NCBI GenBank assembly: GCA_002269645.1
Contig: NIVC01002470.1
Location: 62,001 to 126,000, forward strand
Length of the DNA stretch: 64,000 bases
DNA from: Macrostomum lignano
Lineage: Eukaryota
Reading direction: 5' to 3'
A program made the position numbers and the translations under genes. This document shows, piece by piece, positions 11,587-22,700 of the stretch. The notes under the pieces are model-generated. The model made no database searches. It saw nothing but the letters and a program-made list of their open reading frames with translations, and had not been told where the DNA came from. Numbering within the stretch: the first letter of the stretch is position 1; the number at the start of each line of letters is the position of its first letter.

Positions 11587-14043
11587 TCACAGCCGGTTGC
11601 CAGGAGCCTGCCTGCCCTGCTGCTGCTGGCTGTACTGTGTCAGCACCTGCTGTAGCGCCTGTACAGACAGCTCGTGCACCGTCTGCGGCCGGCACTGCTC
11701 CTCCAGCCAGGTGATTACGCAGCCGGACAGCTCGGCGAAGCTGCCAGCCGACGTGGACCGGTCGAAGCCGGCGAACAGCTGGTCCATCACGGACTGGAAC
11801 ACGCTGAACTTCACCTGCTCGGGCAGCGGCTGCGACTGCGGCGAAGAGGCGGCCGCAGCCCCGCCAGATGCTCCGGCACTGCTCACAAAGTGCTCATAGT
11901 TCATCTTCATTATCTTCAGCGCCATCACCTGCAGTTGGTAGACAGGTTTAGTTATTAGCTATGATTTATGAGCAACTTGTATTGTATATCACTAAGCAGA
12001 ATCCCTAGATCAAGGCTGGAATGGCACTCATCAGTACTAGAATTGCACTTATCAAGGCTGGAATGGCACTCATCAGTACTAGAATGGCACTCATCAAGGC
12101 TGGAATGGCATTCATCAGTACTAGAATGGCACTCATCAAGGCTGGAATGGCACTCATCAATACTAGAATGGCACTCATCAAGTCTGGAATGGCACTCATC
12201 TAGGCTGGAATGGCACTCATCAGTACTAGAATTGCACTTATCAAGGCTGGAATGGCACTCATCAGTACTAGAATGGCACTCATCAAGGCTGGAATGGCAT
12301 TCATCAGTACTAGAATGGCACTCATCAAGGCTGGAATGGCACTCATCAATACTAGAATGGCACTCATCAAGTCTGGAATGGCACTCATCTAGGCTGGAAT
12401 GGCACTCATCAGTACTAGAATTGCACTTATCAAGGCTGGAATGGCACTCATCAGTACTAGAATGGCACTCATCAAGGCTGGAATGGCATTCATCAGTACT
12501 AGAATGGCACTCATCAAGGCTGGAATGGCACTCATCAATACTAGAATGGCACTCATCAAGGCTGGAATGGCACTCATCAATACTAGAATGGCACTCATCA
12601 ATACTAGAATGGCACTCATCAATACTAGAATGGCACTTATCAAGGCTGGAATGGCACTCATCAGTACTAGAATTGCACTTATCAAGGCTGGAATGGCACT
12701 CATCAGTACTAGAATGGCACTCATCAAGGCTGGAATGGCATTCATCAGTACTAGAATGGCACTCATCAAGGCTGGAATGGCACTCATCAATACTAGAATG
12801 GCACTCATCAAGTCTGGAATGGCACTCATCTAGGCTGGAATGGCACTCATCAATACTAGAATGGCACTCAACAATACTAGAATGGCACTCACCAATACTA
12901 GAATGGCACTTATCAAGGCTGGAATGGCACTCATCAATACTAGAATGGCACTCAACAATACTAGAATGGCACTCATCAATACTAGAATGGCACTCATCAA
13001 TACTAGAATGGCACTTATCAAGGCTGGAATGGCACTCATCAGTACTAGAATGGCACTCATCAGTACTAGAATGGCACTCATCAAGGCTGGAATGGCACTC
13101 ATCAATACTAGAATGGCACTCATCAAGGCTGGAATGGCACTCATCAATACTAGAATGGCACTCATGAAGTCTGGAATGGCACTCATCTAGGCTGGAATGG
13201 CACTCATCAATACTAGAATGGCACTCAACAATACTAGAATGGCACTCATCAATACTAGAATGGCACTCATCAAGGCTGGAATGGCACTCATCAATACTAG
13301 AATGGCACTCATCAATACTAGAATGGCACTCATCAATACTAGAATGGCACTCATCAATACTAGAATGGCACTCATCAATACTAGAATGGCACTCATCAAT
13401 ACTAGAATGGCACTCATCAAGTCTGGAATGGCACTCATCAAGGCTGGAATGGCACTCATCAAAGCTGGAATGGCACTCATCAAGGCTGGAATGGCACTCA
13501 TCAAGGCTGGAATGGCACTCATCAAGGCTAGCACCCTCGCACCTCTTTGTGCAGTTTGTCCAGCTCGCGCTCCTGCAACTCCTTCTGCTTGGCCAGATGC
13601 TCCATGTGCCTGATTGACCTCTGCAAGATGGACGCTTTGCTCAGCGACTTGGCGTTAGTTTCTCCGGATCCGCCACCAGCAGCGGCGGCGCCGCCGGCAG
13701 CCGAGGCGCTGGGCGCGGCGCCAACCAGCTCGTACAGCTTGTCATAGCCCTGCTTGATGGCGTCCCTGCGCTTCTGCTCGGCCTGCGTGTGCAGCTCGCG
13801 CCTCCGGTCCTTCACCAGCGCGGCTGAATCGTGCGAGAAGTCGCCACCACCACCGGCGCCGCCGCTGTTGCTGCTGTCCAGCAGCATGTCCTCCCGGTCG
13901 GAGAGGCTCGGGGACCGATGGCCGCTGCGGCCGCCGCCAGCACTGCCGCCGGAGGCCTGCAGAGCGCGGGATCTGCTGCTGTGCTGACCGCTGACCTGGC
14001 GCTGCATCAAGTTGTTAAAGAGGCTGATTCTTTTGCTCTGCAT
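11587..14043 (-). CDS. MLX: Max-like protein X (bHLH-ZIP), left copy (exons 13543..14043, 11587..11928; start Met tentative)
   Basis: HTQAEQKRRDAIKQGYDKL basic helix, LSKASILQ, KE|VMALKIMKMNYE, and QVKFSVFQ..FAELSGCVITWLEEQCRPQT, matching the Mlx C-terminal domain. GAG|GTGCGA donor, TGCAG acceptor, phase 0. Confidence 0.92.
12008..13530. repeat. 21-bp minisatellite in the Mlx intron with 189-bp higher-order repeat
   Basis: Two alternating monomers (ATGGCACTCATCAAGGCTGGA / ATGGCACTCATCAGTACTAGA). Identical 189-bp blocks at 12011, 12200 and 12389. Confidence 0.95.
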
Positions 14044-16652
14044 GCTACTTACTTTCAGTAGGCAGCTCACAGTTCGCTCATCTTAATTTTATTGTTCCTA
14101 TTTTTTATTTCAAATAAAGTAAAAACAGCTTGGCTTCTGTGAAAAAAGCATCAAAAAGTTAAAAGCCTGACTATTGTTGTCAACTTACATTACTTTAAGA
14201 ATCTCAACCAAAATATAACTTTGATGAATCTTAATATTTGCTAACAATTAATTCTACATTTTGCAATTTTTTATTTCAAACTAAAATTTTAACTACTTTT
14301 TAAAAATAGTTACATACTACTGATATTGTTACAAATAAAAAAAAATCTTAGAATTATTAATAGCAATAATAAACAATCTTTTATTTTAAATTTTATAAGC
14401 ATGTATCTAACAACAAGGGATGTATGCTAATAAAAAACTAAGTTTATTTGCCACAAAGCTTGCCTCTTGTCTTATACTGAGCAAAGTAGACATTGCAAAA
14501 TCTTTTTGCATATATGTTAATTATTGGTTTAGCCTTGAGGTAGAAACTCTAGATGCAAAATATCTTTTGCATCAAAGAAACATAGCATAAGCTTCATTTT
14601 TTACTTTGATTACTAAAAATACTATGCCTTCATAGGTTTTTATGATCCTGTTTGCCTCTATTCAAGATTCTGGCCCTAAATAAGTTAAAATAAGTTATTT
14701 GCCTAGTCTAGCTCACTAAGATTTTTTAATTCTAAAAACTCATAGAGGGGCTGATAGTCATTTTGTCTGCTTCCAGTTTGTCTACCTCTCTTGTCTGCAA
14801 AAATACAATATAGTTAGCAAAGGTAGCAGAAAAAATGACTACATACCCATGGAAGTACTCAAAAGAATTAGTTGCTTATTTAAACACAAAATAAGAGAGC
14901 CATAAACATTGGACTTTAGAGTGTATTTTAGTATTAAAATTTAGTATTAAATTAAATACAGGCATAGTGTTGAAGGATAGATAAGTGCATATAATTTAGG
15001 ATAATTTTTAAAAAGAGACAACTTAAATTTTGTTTAACTTGAAAAAAATCTTTTGTGACAAATAAAGTGGGAGGACAGCTTTTTTATTATTTAGCAAATA
15101 ATTGGATTAACATATAATCTAGCAGATTAGCAGCTGATTTTACCCATAGCAAAATTTTTGTAAATTTAGTTATATAGACTGGTAATTTATTTGATCACCC
15201 TCAAGCTTAAGGCAAAAAGCAAAGCAAATAAACAAAGGAAAAGAGTGGCTGCTGACTGCAAGAGTATATTTATAATTGGTAAGTAAACAAGATAACAACA
15301 AGCTTAATCCAAAAACTAGACCCCTCTTAGGCACAATATAATAAAATATGATTGATAAAATACAAGTATTATGCAGGATTATTAGAATGTCAATACATGT
15401 ACATAGATAAATGGAACTACTTTACAAGAAATAATTCAATATGCAAGAAATACAAATAATACTAGAATAAATACATACAAGGCCACAAACAAACTATAGA
15501 TTCAATTGTAACATTACTACAATAATAATACATATAGAATATTGTTAAAATATAAAAGAATACAAGTATCACTAGCACAGCATGCATACAAGATAAGGAA
15601 ATACAATACTTGTACATATGCTTCTTTGAATTACACTGTCACACTTTGACTTAGAAAAGTTGCAAAAGTTTATAGACTACTTGTTTAATAGATAGAACAT
15701 CTATAAGCTAGATTTGACAGTAAATTATTCCAAGAATCTCAATAATTATAAAATTATTACTATATCAAATAAAATATTATACAATAATCATTCATAGCCT
15801 AGGCATTACGACTAGCTAAAGAGCAAGTGAAATATACAAGACAATTAAAGAAAAGGAATGACAAGATAGACCTATAATATCTAAAAATGTAGCTCAATTG
15901 TGAATATAGAAAATTTCTTTGGCATTTTAAACATTTAAATAAACTTATCCTGATATAATTGTATTGTAACTTTTAAATAGGCCCTAACTAGACAATTCCA
16001 GATTTAATTCCATTGCGCTAGAATCCCCAGAAATGTCACGTCTATCTGTCTTACACGACTTACAGCGACAGACAAGTGTCATTCGAGTGCAAGGGTATAC
16101 ACTCTACTCTATGGCCGACAGATCAATAATTTTTTAATGATTTGAAATTTGAAACATAAAAAGCAATAGGGCCTACATGTAATAGGTTGAAACGCTGAGA
16201 AAATCAAAGCTAGCTTATCGGTTCGTTTCGAAGAAAAGCAGCGGATAAAACAGAAAAGCAATAAAAAGCAAGTAAAACTGTTTGTGCAACTAGCTCATTA
16301 ATAGGAATATTCGAATAAATTTTAGTAAAATACATTTGCACTTTTATGTAAAATCTGTAAGAGAAGTCATCATAAGTGTGGATTTTTGTTTTACAGTTCT
16401 AAAGTGCTATATTTTAAGTTGTCGTTTTCAAGGAAACAGATTTTTAATCCAGGAAATTTTTATCTGTAGGAGTTAGGATCTAGGAAGGAGGAAAAGGCAA
16501 AAGTAGTTTAAAGAGTCTAATCATCTAGACGTGATTTTAAATATAGCTGCTTTATTTTATACCATTATGACTTCAAAGGATGACGAATATGACTATCTTT
16601 TCAAAGGTACATTCTTTATTTTGAAATTATGATATGATTTTTTCCCTTCCTG

Positions 16653-16840
16653 CAGTGGCGTACGCAGAATTTTCCATTGAAGAGGGGCGCCAACAGCCCA
16701 GGGGGAGTATCGTCCATCTGCACCGACAAGTTGCAACAATAAAGGACATTTTTAGGGTTCTATCTGGCTAGTCGCCTCTGGCAAGACCTCCATCAGTCAC
16801 CTCCCTAGGCAATTGGGGGGGGGGGCTGCGTACGCCACCG
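16653..16840. mobile_element. hAT-type MITE in Rab11 intron 1, left copy
   Basis: 15-bp TIR CAGTGGCGTACGCAG / CTGCGTACGCCACCG (1 mismatch). 8-bp TSD CCTTCCTG / CCTTCCTA; 8-bp TSDs are typical of hAT. Confidence 0.8.
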
Positions 16841-17212
16841 CCTTCCTAGCCTATTTGAGTGCTGAATTCTGGTTCATCCATGTCTCGGAATTAAGTTAAC
16901 ATGTTTTCCCTACCCATAACTCATTATCTTTCAATTTGCATTCACCCATTTTTAATGATAATGACTTTTTGTTAGTGAATCCATGCCACCCAAATAGATT
17001 GTGGTGATGTTTGATTTTAGTTCTAAATATGCTACAATTTCATGAGGAAATGAAACTTACCTATATTTTTTCTGATTTTATATTTTTTAAATTCCTTATA
17101 CAATTAACCTTAATAAATATTCTTAACTTTGACCAAACCAATACATATATATAATCCTTTGAAATCCAAAGATTATATATTAATCTACATATTTACTTTT
17201 ATTATTATTAAT

Positions 17213-17214
17213 AC

Positions 17215-17268
<54 letters not shown>

Positions 17269-17731
17269 ACAGATGCTGGCTCAGGGGTCAGCGAAGCACC
17301 CATTGGTGGAAAACAGCTGAGTCCAGCCTAGCTGCAGACTAAGAGGTAAGGCCCAGAGCCTGTAAGTCAGTGAGAAGAGTGTCAGTCAGAGTGGTGCAGC
17401 GCGCCTGGCCCTGGTGGAGTCTCCCACAAGGTGGGCTAAGCAGCAGGTCAGTGAGTGGGGGCCTGGTGCCTTGTGTGTGGGCCCGCAGGCAGTGGCTGAT
17501 CAATATCTGGCGCCGCCTCTGCAAAGTGTGACCAGGGGCAGCATGTGGGTCTAGACTGTCAGCTCAGTGTTGCTCACGTGCTTGGGGAACTAGATGCACA
17601 GGGCATTATGCAGGAGGTGATGATGGCAGGCCTCCAAGCTCGCCTCACGAGTGGCAGTCATGGGGATGGCTTCCAGCCTGTAGGTCAGCACCTGTGGTGG
17701 AAGAGTCAACTGCCTCTTCCACTTGGCAGTT
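17213..17731 (-). mobile_element. 5'-truncated, decayed RTE-clade non-LTR retrotransposon 3' end with (TAA)n tail, left copy
   Basis: [30 protein letters not shown], then after a frameshift [34 protein letters not shown]. Matches the RTE post-RT region as recalled. The tail is the ATT run at ~17213-17267. Confidence 0.78.
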
Positions 17732-18344
17732 GAGATTTTTTATAGAAGTGATAATATAGCAAAAATCATTTCCTTAATAAGTACAAATGCTATTTATCTT
17801 TTCTACTCATTTAATAGCATTTATTATTAAAAATTACAAAACCATAAGTATTATTCTCTAGATCTTTATTGTTGTTTACTTATTTTCAATTGTTACCATT
17901 TTTATATTATTATAAGATTTAATACTGCATATGGGTATTGTGGAATCCCCCTAAATACAAATATCAACTTTCCATTTTAGTTGTCCTGATAGGCGACTCT
18001 GGAGTTGGCAAGTCCAACCTGCTCAGCAGATTCACTCGCAATGAGTTCAACCTGGAGTCCAAGTCCACCATTGGTGTAGAGTTTGCTACCCGCAGCATCC
18101 GGGTTAATGGCAAAGTTGTGAAGAGCCAAATCTGGGACACTGCTGGGCAGGAGAGGTGAATACACAAGTTCTGTGTCAAACGTTTAAGACCTGGCTTCAA
18201 GAGTTGAATATTTGATTTGAAACAACCATAGTCAACGTCATTGTAAGAGAATCAGGTGCAAGGGAATCTGCTTTGCCAGCGGGGCAATGAGTCCCAGCTC
18301 CCAGTTACTGAACAAAATATTTTTAGTGTCAGTTTAGCACCGTT

Positions 18345-19317
18345 TAGTGCCACAGGCAAGAGTTTAGCGCCAAAGACAAGAGTTTAGCGCCACAGGCAAG
18401 AGTTTAGCGCCACAGACAAGAGTTTAGTGCCACAGGCAAGAGTTTAGCGCCACAGACAAGAGTTTAGTGCCACAGGCAAGAGTTTAGCGCCACAGGCAAG
18501 AGTTTAGTAGTGCCACAGGCAAGAGTTTAGTGCCACAGGCAAGAGGCGAGTTTAGAGCCACAGCCAAGAGTTTAGCTCCACAGGCAAGAGTTTAGCGCCA
18601 CAGGCAAGAGTTTAGCGCCACAGGCAAGAGTTTAGCGCCACAGGCAAGAGTTTAGCGCCACAGGCAAGAGTTTAGTGCCACAGGCAAGAGTTTAGCGCCA
18701 AAGTCAAGAGTTTAGCGCCACAGACAAGAGTTTAGCGCCACAGGCAAGAGTTTAGTAGTGCCACAGGCAAGAGTTTAGCGCCACAGCCAAGAGTTTAGCT
18801 CCACAGGCAAGAGTTTAGCGCCACAGGCGAGTTTAGCGCCACAGGCAAGAGTTTAGCTCTACAGGCAAGAGGCGAGTTTAGCGCCACAGCCAAGAGTTTA
18901 GCTCCACAGGCAAGAGTTTAGCGCCACAGCCAAGAGTTTAGCTCCACAGGCAAGAGTTTAGCGCCACAGGCAAGAGTTTAGCGCCACAGGCAAGAGTTTA
19001 GCGCCACAGGCAAGAGTTTAGCTCCACAGGCAAGAGTTTAGTAGTGCCACAGGCAAGAGTTTAGCGCCACAGCCAAGAGTTTAGCTCCACAGGCAAGAGT
19101 TTAGCGCCACAGGCGAGTTTAGCGCCACAGGCAAGAGTTTAGCTCCACAGGCAAGAGTTTAGCGCCACAGGCAAGAGTTTAGCGCCACAGGCAAGAGTTT
19201 AGTGCCACAGGCAAGAGTTTAGCACCACAGGCAAGAGTTTAGCGCCACAGACAAGAGTTTAGCAGCCACAGGCAAGAGTTTAGCGCCACAGACAAAGAGT
19301 TTAGCGCCACAGACAAG
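18345..19317. repeat. 20-bp minisatellite (AGAGTTTAGCGCCACAGGCA) in Rab11 intron 2, left copy
   Basis: Direct periodicity. Variant order mirrors 22257-23228. Confidence 0.95.
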
Positions 19318-19477
19318 ATTTATCTTCTGAATTCCGATTTGTATTCTACATGTTACCATCAACATTTGCTGTTGAAAGTTGTAAGAATTTATTTTCAAGG
19401 TCAGGAATACTTGGCTACGCCACTGGACAGACCTTCGGTTTACCTTTCACAAAGGGAGGTTTTTTCCTGCGATTTCG

Positions 19478-19622
19478 NNNNNNNNNNNNNNNNNNNNNNN
19501 NNNNNNNNNNNNNNNNNNNNNNNNNNNNNNNNNNNNNNNNNNNNNNNNNNNNNNNNNNNNNNNNNNNNNNNNNNNNNNNNNNNNNNNNNNNNNNNNNNNN
19601 NNNNNNNNNNNNNNNNNNNNNN
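19478..19622. other. Assembly gap (145 N)
   Basis: Run of N. Confidence 1.
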
Positions 19623-19702
19623 NGGCTCATCGTCCACAACTAGCCAAGTCAGAGATTTTCACGAGCTTTGCGAAAATAATCTGGCACAGACGGCATCGTC
19701 TT

Positions 19703-22700
19703 CTAGGAGCAGCAAGACTTCTTGGAGCTCTGCGATTGCTGGGCAGCGCCCGCGCCAGGCTGACGGTGGAGCGCTGCTGCGGGGCCCCGTGGCCCGCGTT
19801 GTCATCCCGGAGCTGTCTGGCGCTCGCGATGCGGTAGATGCCTGGTTTGGGGTCATTTGGGGTCAACTGGGGTCATTTTGTGGTCATTTGGGGTCAACTG
19901 GGGTCATTTGGTGGTCAGTTGGGGTCAACTGGGGTCATTTGGTGGTCATTTGGGGTCAACTTGGGTCATTTTGTGGTTATTTGGGGTCAACTGGGGTCAT
20001 TTGGTGGTCAGTTGGGGTCAACTGGGGTCATTTGGTGGTCATTTGGGGTCAACTGGGGTCATTTGGTGGTCATTTGGGGTCAACTGGGGTCATTTGGTGG
20101 TCAGTTGGGGTCAACTGGGGTCATTTGGTGGTCATTTGGGGTCAACTTGGGTCATTTTGTGGTCAGTTGGGGTCAACTGGGGTCATTTGGTGGTCATTTG
20201 GGGTCAACTGGGGTCATTTGGTGGTCATTTGGGGTCAACTGGGGTCATTTGGTGGTCATTTGGGGTCAACTGGGGTCATTTGGTGGTCAGTTGGGGTCAA
20301 CTGGGGTCATTTAGGGGTCGTTTGGGGTCATCTGCTGGCAGCGGATTCTAATGACTTTATAAAGGATTCTAATGACTTTGGGGAAGATTCAAATGACTTT
20401 GGGGAGGATTCTAATGGCTTTATGGAGGATGCTAATGACTTTGGAGAGGATTCTAATGGCTTTATGGAGGATGCTAATGACTTTGGGGGGATTCTAATGG
20501 CTAATGACTACTGAAAAGGTTCTATTTACTGTATATAATCAAAATATTAAAAATTTTATCCCGATATTGACAGCGAATATCCATGGCAACACACCGGATT
20601 CCAATTACAGCCGAGTGGACTCCAAATGACTCAGCAGGACTCAAGCATCCAACAGTCTCACCTGTGAGAATCTGCACAAACGCCTCCTCAACGTTAGTGG
20701 CATCCAGGGCGCTGGTCTCCATAAAGCTGAGGTTGTTCCGCTCGGCGAAGGCTTGCGCCTCGTCGGCCGGGACAGCGCGCAGGTGGCGCAGGTCGCACTT
20801 GTTGCCAACCAGGGCAACCACGGTAGCGGGGTCGGCGTGGTCGCGGAGCTCCCGCAGCCAGCGGTCGCAGCTCTCGAATGTTTCGTGCTTGGCGATGTCG
20901 TACACCAGCAGGGCGCCCACGGCGCCGCGGTAGTAGGCGGAAGTGATGGCGCGGTACCTTGATTGATAGGTGCAAATGGGAGCGCAAACGTTCAACTGGG
21001 TATTTTTTATTCGAGAACCGGATTGTTGGATTTAGGATCTGGATTCTTGGATTTGGGATCTGTATTCTAGGATTTGGGATATGGATTCTTGGATTTGGGA
21101 TCTAGATTCGTGGATTTGGGATCTGGATTCTTGGATTTGGGACCTGGATTCTTGGATTTGGGATCTGGATTTATAGATTTGGGATCTGGATTCTTGGATT
21201 TGGGATCTGGATTCTTGGATTTGGGATCTGGATTCTTGAATTTGGGATCTGGATTCTTGGATTTGGGATCTGGATTCTTGGATTTGGGATCTGGATTCTT
21301 GGATTTGGGATCTGGATTCTTGGATTTGGGATCTGTATTCTAGGATTTGTGATCTGGATTTCTGGATTTGGGATCTGGATTCTAGGATTTGGAATCTGGA
21401 TTCTAGGATTTGGGATCTGGATTCTAGGATTTGGGATCTGGATTTGTGGATTTGGGATCTGGATTCTAGGATTTGTGATCTGGATTTGTGGATTTGGGAT
21501 CTGGATTCTTGGATTCGGAATCTGGATTCTTGGATTTGGGATCTGGATTCTTGGATTCGGAATCTGGATTCTTGGATTTAGGATCTGGATTCTTGACTTC
21601 GGTATGCAAATTATCGGTTCCGTGTCTGCAGTCTGTTTCTGTGTCTGAAGTCTTAGCACTATACAAAATCTGATAGTGCTATCGGTGGACCAGGGAATGC
21701 ATGTACATGTATACTAAAGCTAGAAACTGTCCGTGACTAAAGCTCTTTACTCCACACACCGGCGTCAGCTCAAGCTAGCTCCGGCAAGAAGGCATACCAA
21801 GGCCAAATCAGATTTTTCAAGCCAATTAAGTTGCTAATTATAAAACACTCGAACTTACGGGCCTGCCCTGACTCCCCATCTCTCCAACCTAACTAGCAAA
21901 GCAACAGCAGCGCGCCGAGCGTAGAAAATGCAGATTGCACTGCGCCAACCCGCCTATTTGTCTGGGACACTTGAACAGCTCAACCGGCACCTGCTAGCAC
22001 AGAGCCAATGCACTGGATAGCTGGGCTATACTTGTACCATTGCAAAGCTGTTAATTATAGCCAAGACAGACATTTTCTGATGCGCGAAGGAGATCGAAAT
22101 CGCAGGAAAAAACCTCCCTTTGTGAAAGGTAACCGAAGGTCTGTCCAGTGGCGTAGCCAAGTATTCCCTGACCTTGAAAATAATTCTTACAACTTTCAAC
22201 AGCAAATGTTGATGGTAACATGTAGGAATACAAATTCGGAATTCAGAAGATAAAATCTTGTCTGTGGCGCTAAACTCTTGTCTGTGGCGCTAAACTCTTG
22301 CCTGTGGTGCTAAACTCTTGTCTGTGGCGCTAAACTCTTGCCTGTGGTGCTAAACTCTTGCCTGTGGCACTAAACTCTTGCCTGTGGCGCTAAACTCTTG
22401 CCTGTGGCGCTAAACTCTTGCCTGTGGAGCTAAACTCTTGCCTGTGGCGCTAAACTCGCCTGTGGCGCTAAACTCTTGCCTGTGGAGCTAAACTCTTGGC
22501 TGTGGCGCTAAACTCTTGCCTGTGGCACTACTAAACTCTTGCCTGTGGAGCTAAACTCTTGCCTGTGGCGCTAAACTCTTGCCTGTGGCGCTAAACTCTT
22601 GCCTGTGGCGCTAAACTCTTGCCTGTGGAGCTAAACTCTTGGCTGTGGCGCTAAACTCTTGCCTGTGGAGCTAAACTCTTGGCTGTGGCGCTAAACTCGC

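Larger units (their letters stand above)
16567..18155 (+). pseudogene. RAB11: Rab11-like gene, 5' partial copy (exons 16567..16606, 17981..18155); exons 3-4 absent on this strand before the gap
   Basis: [13 protein letters not shown]|[47 protein letters not shown]. The arm ends at the gap inside intron 2, so truncation may be real or an assembly effect. Confidence 0.75.
3911..19477 (+). repeat. Left arm of large inverted duplication (outer end lies in the satellite further left)
   Basis: Reverse complement of ~22095-37220. ORF pairs mirror each other (17938..18159 vs 23413..23634; 13528..14070 vs 27501..28043; 11587..11928 vs 29576..29917). Ends at the N gap. Confidence 0.97.

Noticed and set aside
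11968-13613. Long ORFs (LEWHSS.., MALINTR..) as repeat proteins
   Set aside because: Translations of the 21-bp intronic minisatellite, open in several frames and on both strands; they lie inside the Mlx intron.
14100-16000. RIP-mutated fossil ORF
   Set aside because: Stop density in the frame tested matches random AT-rich DNA, and CpA was not depleted in the sample counted. Only the CpG loss is supported.
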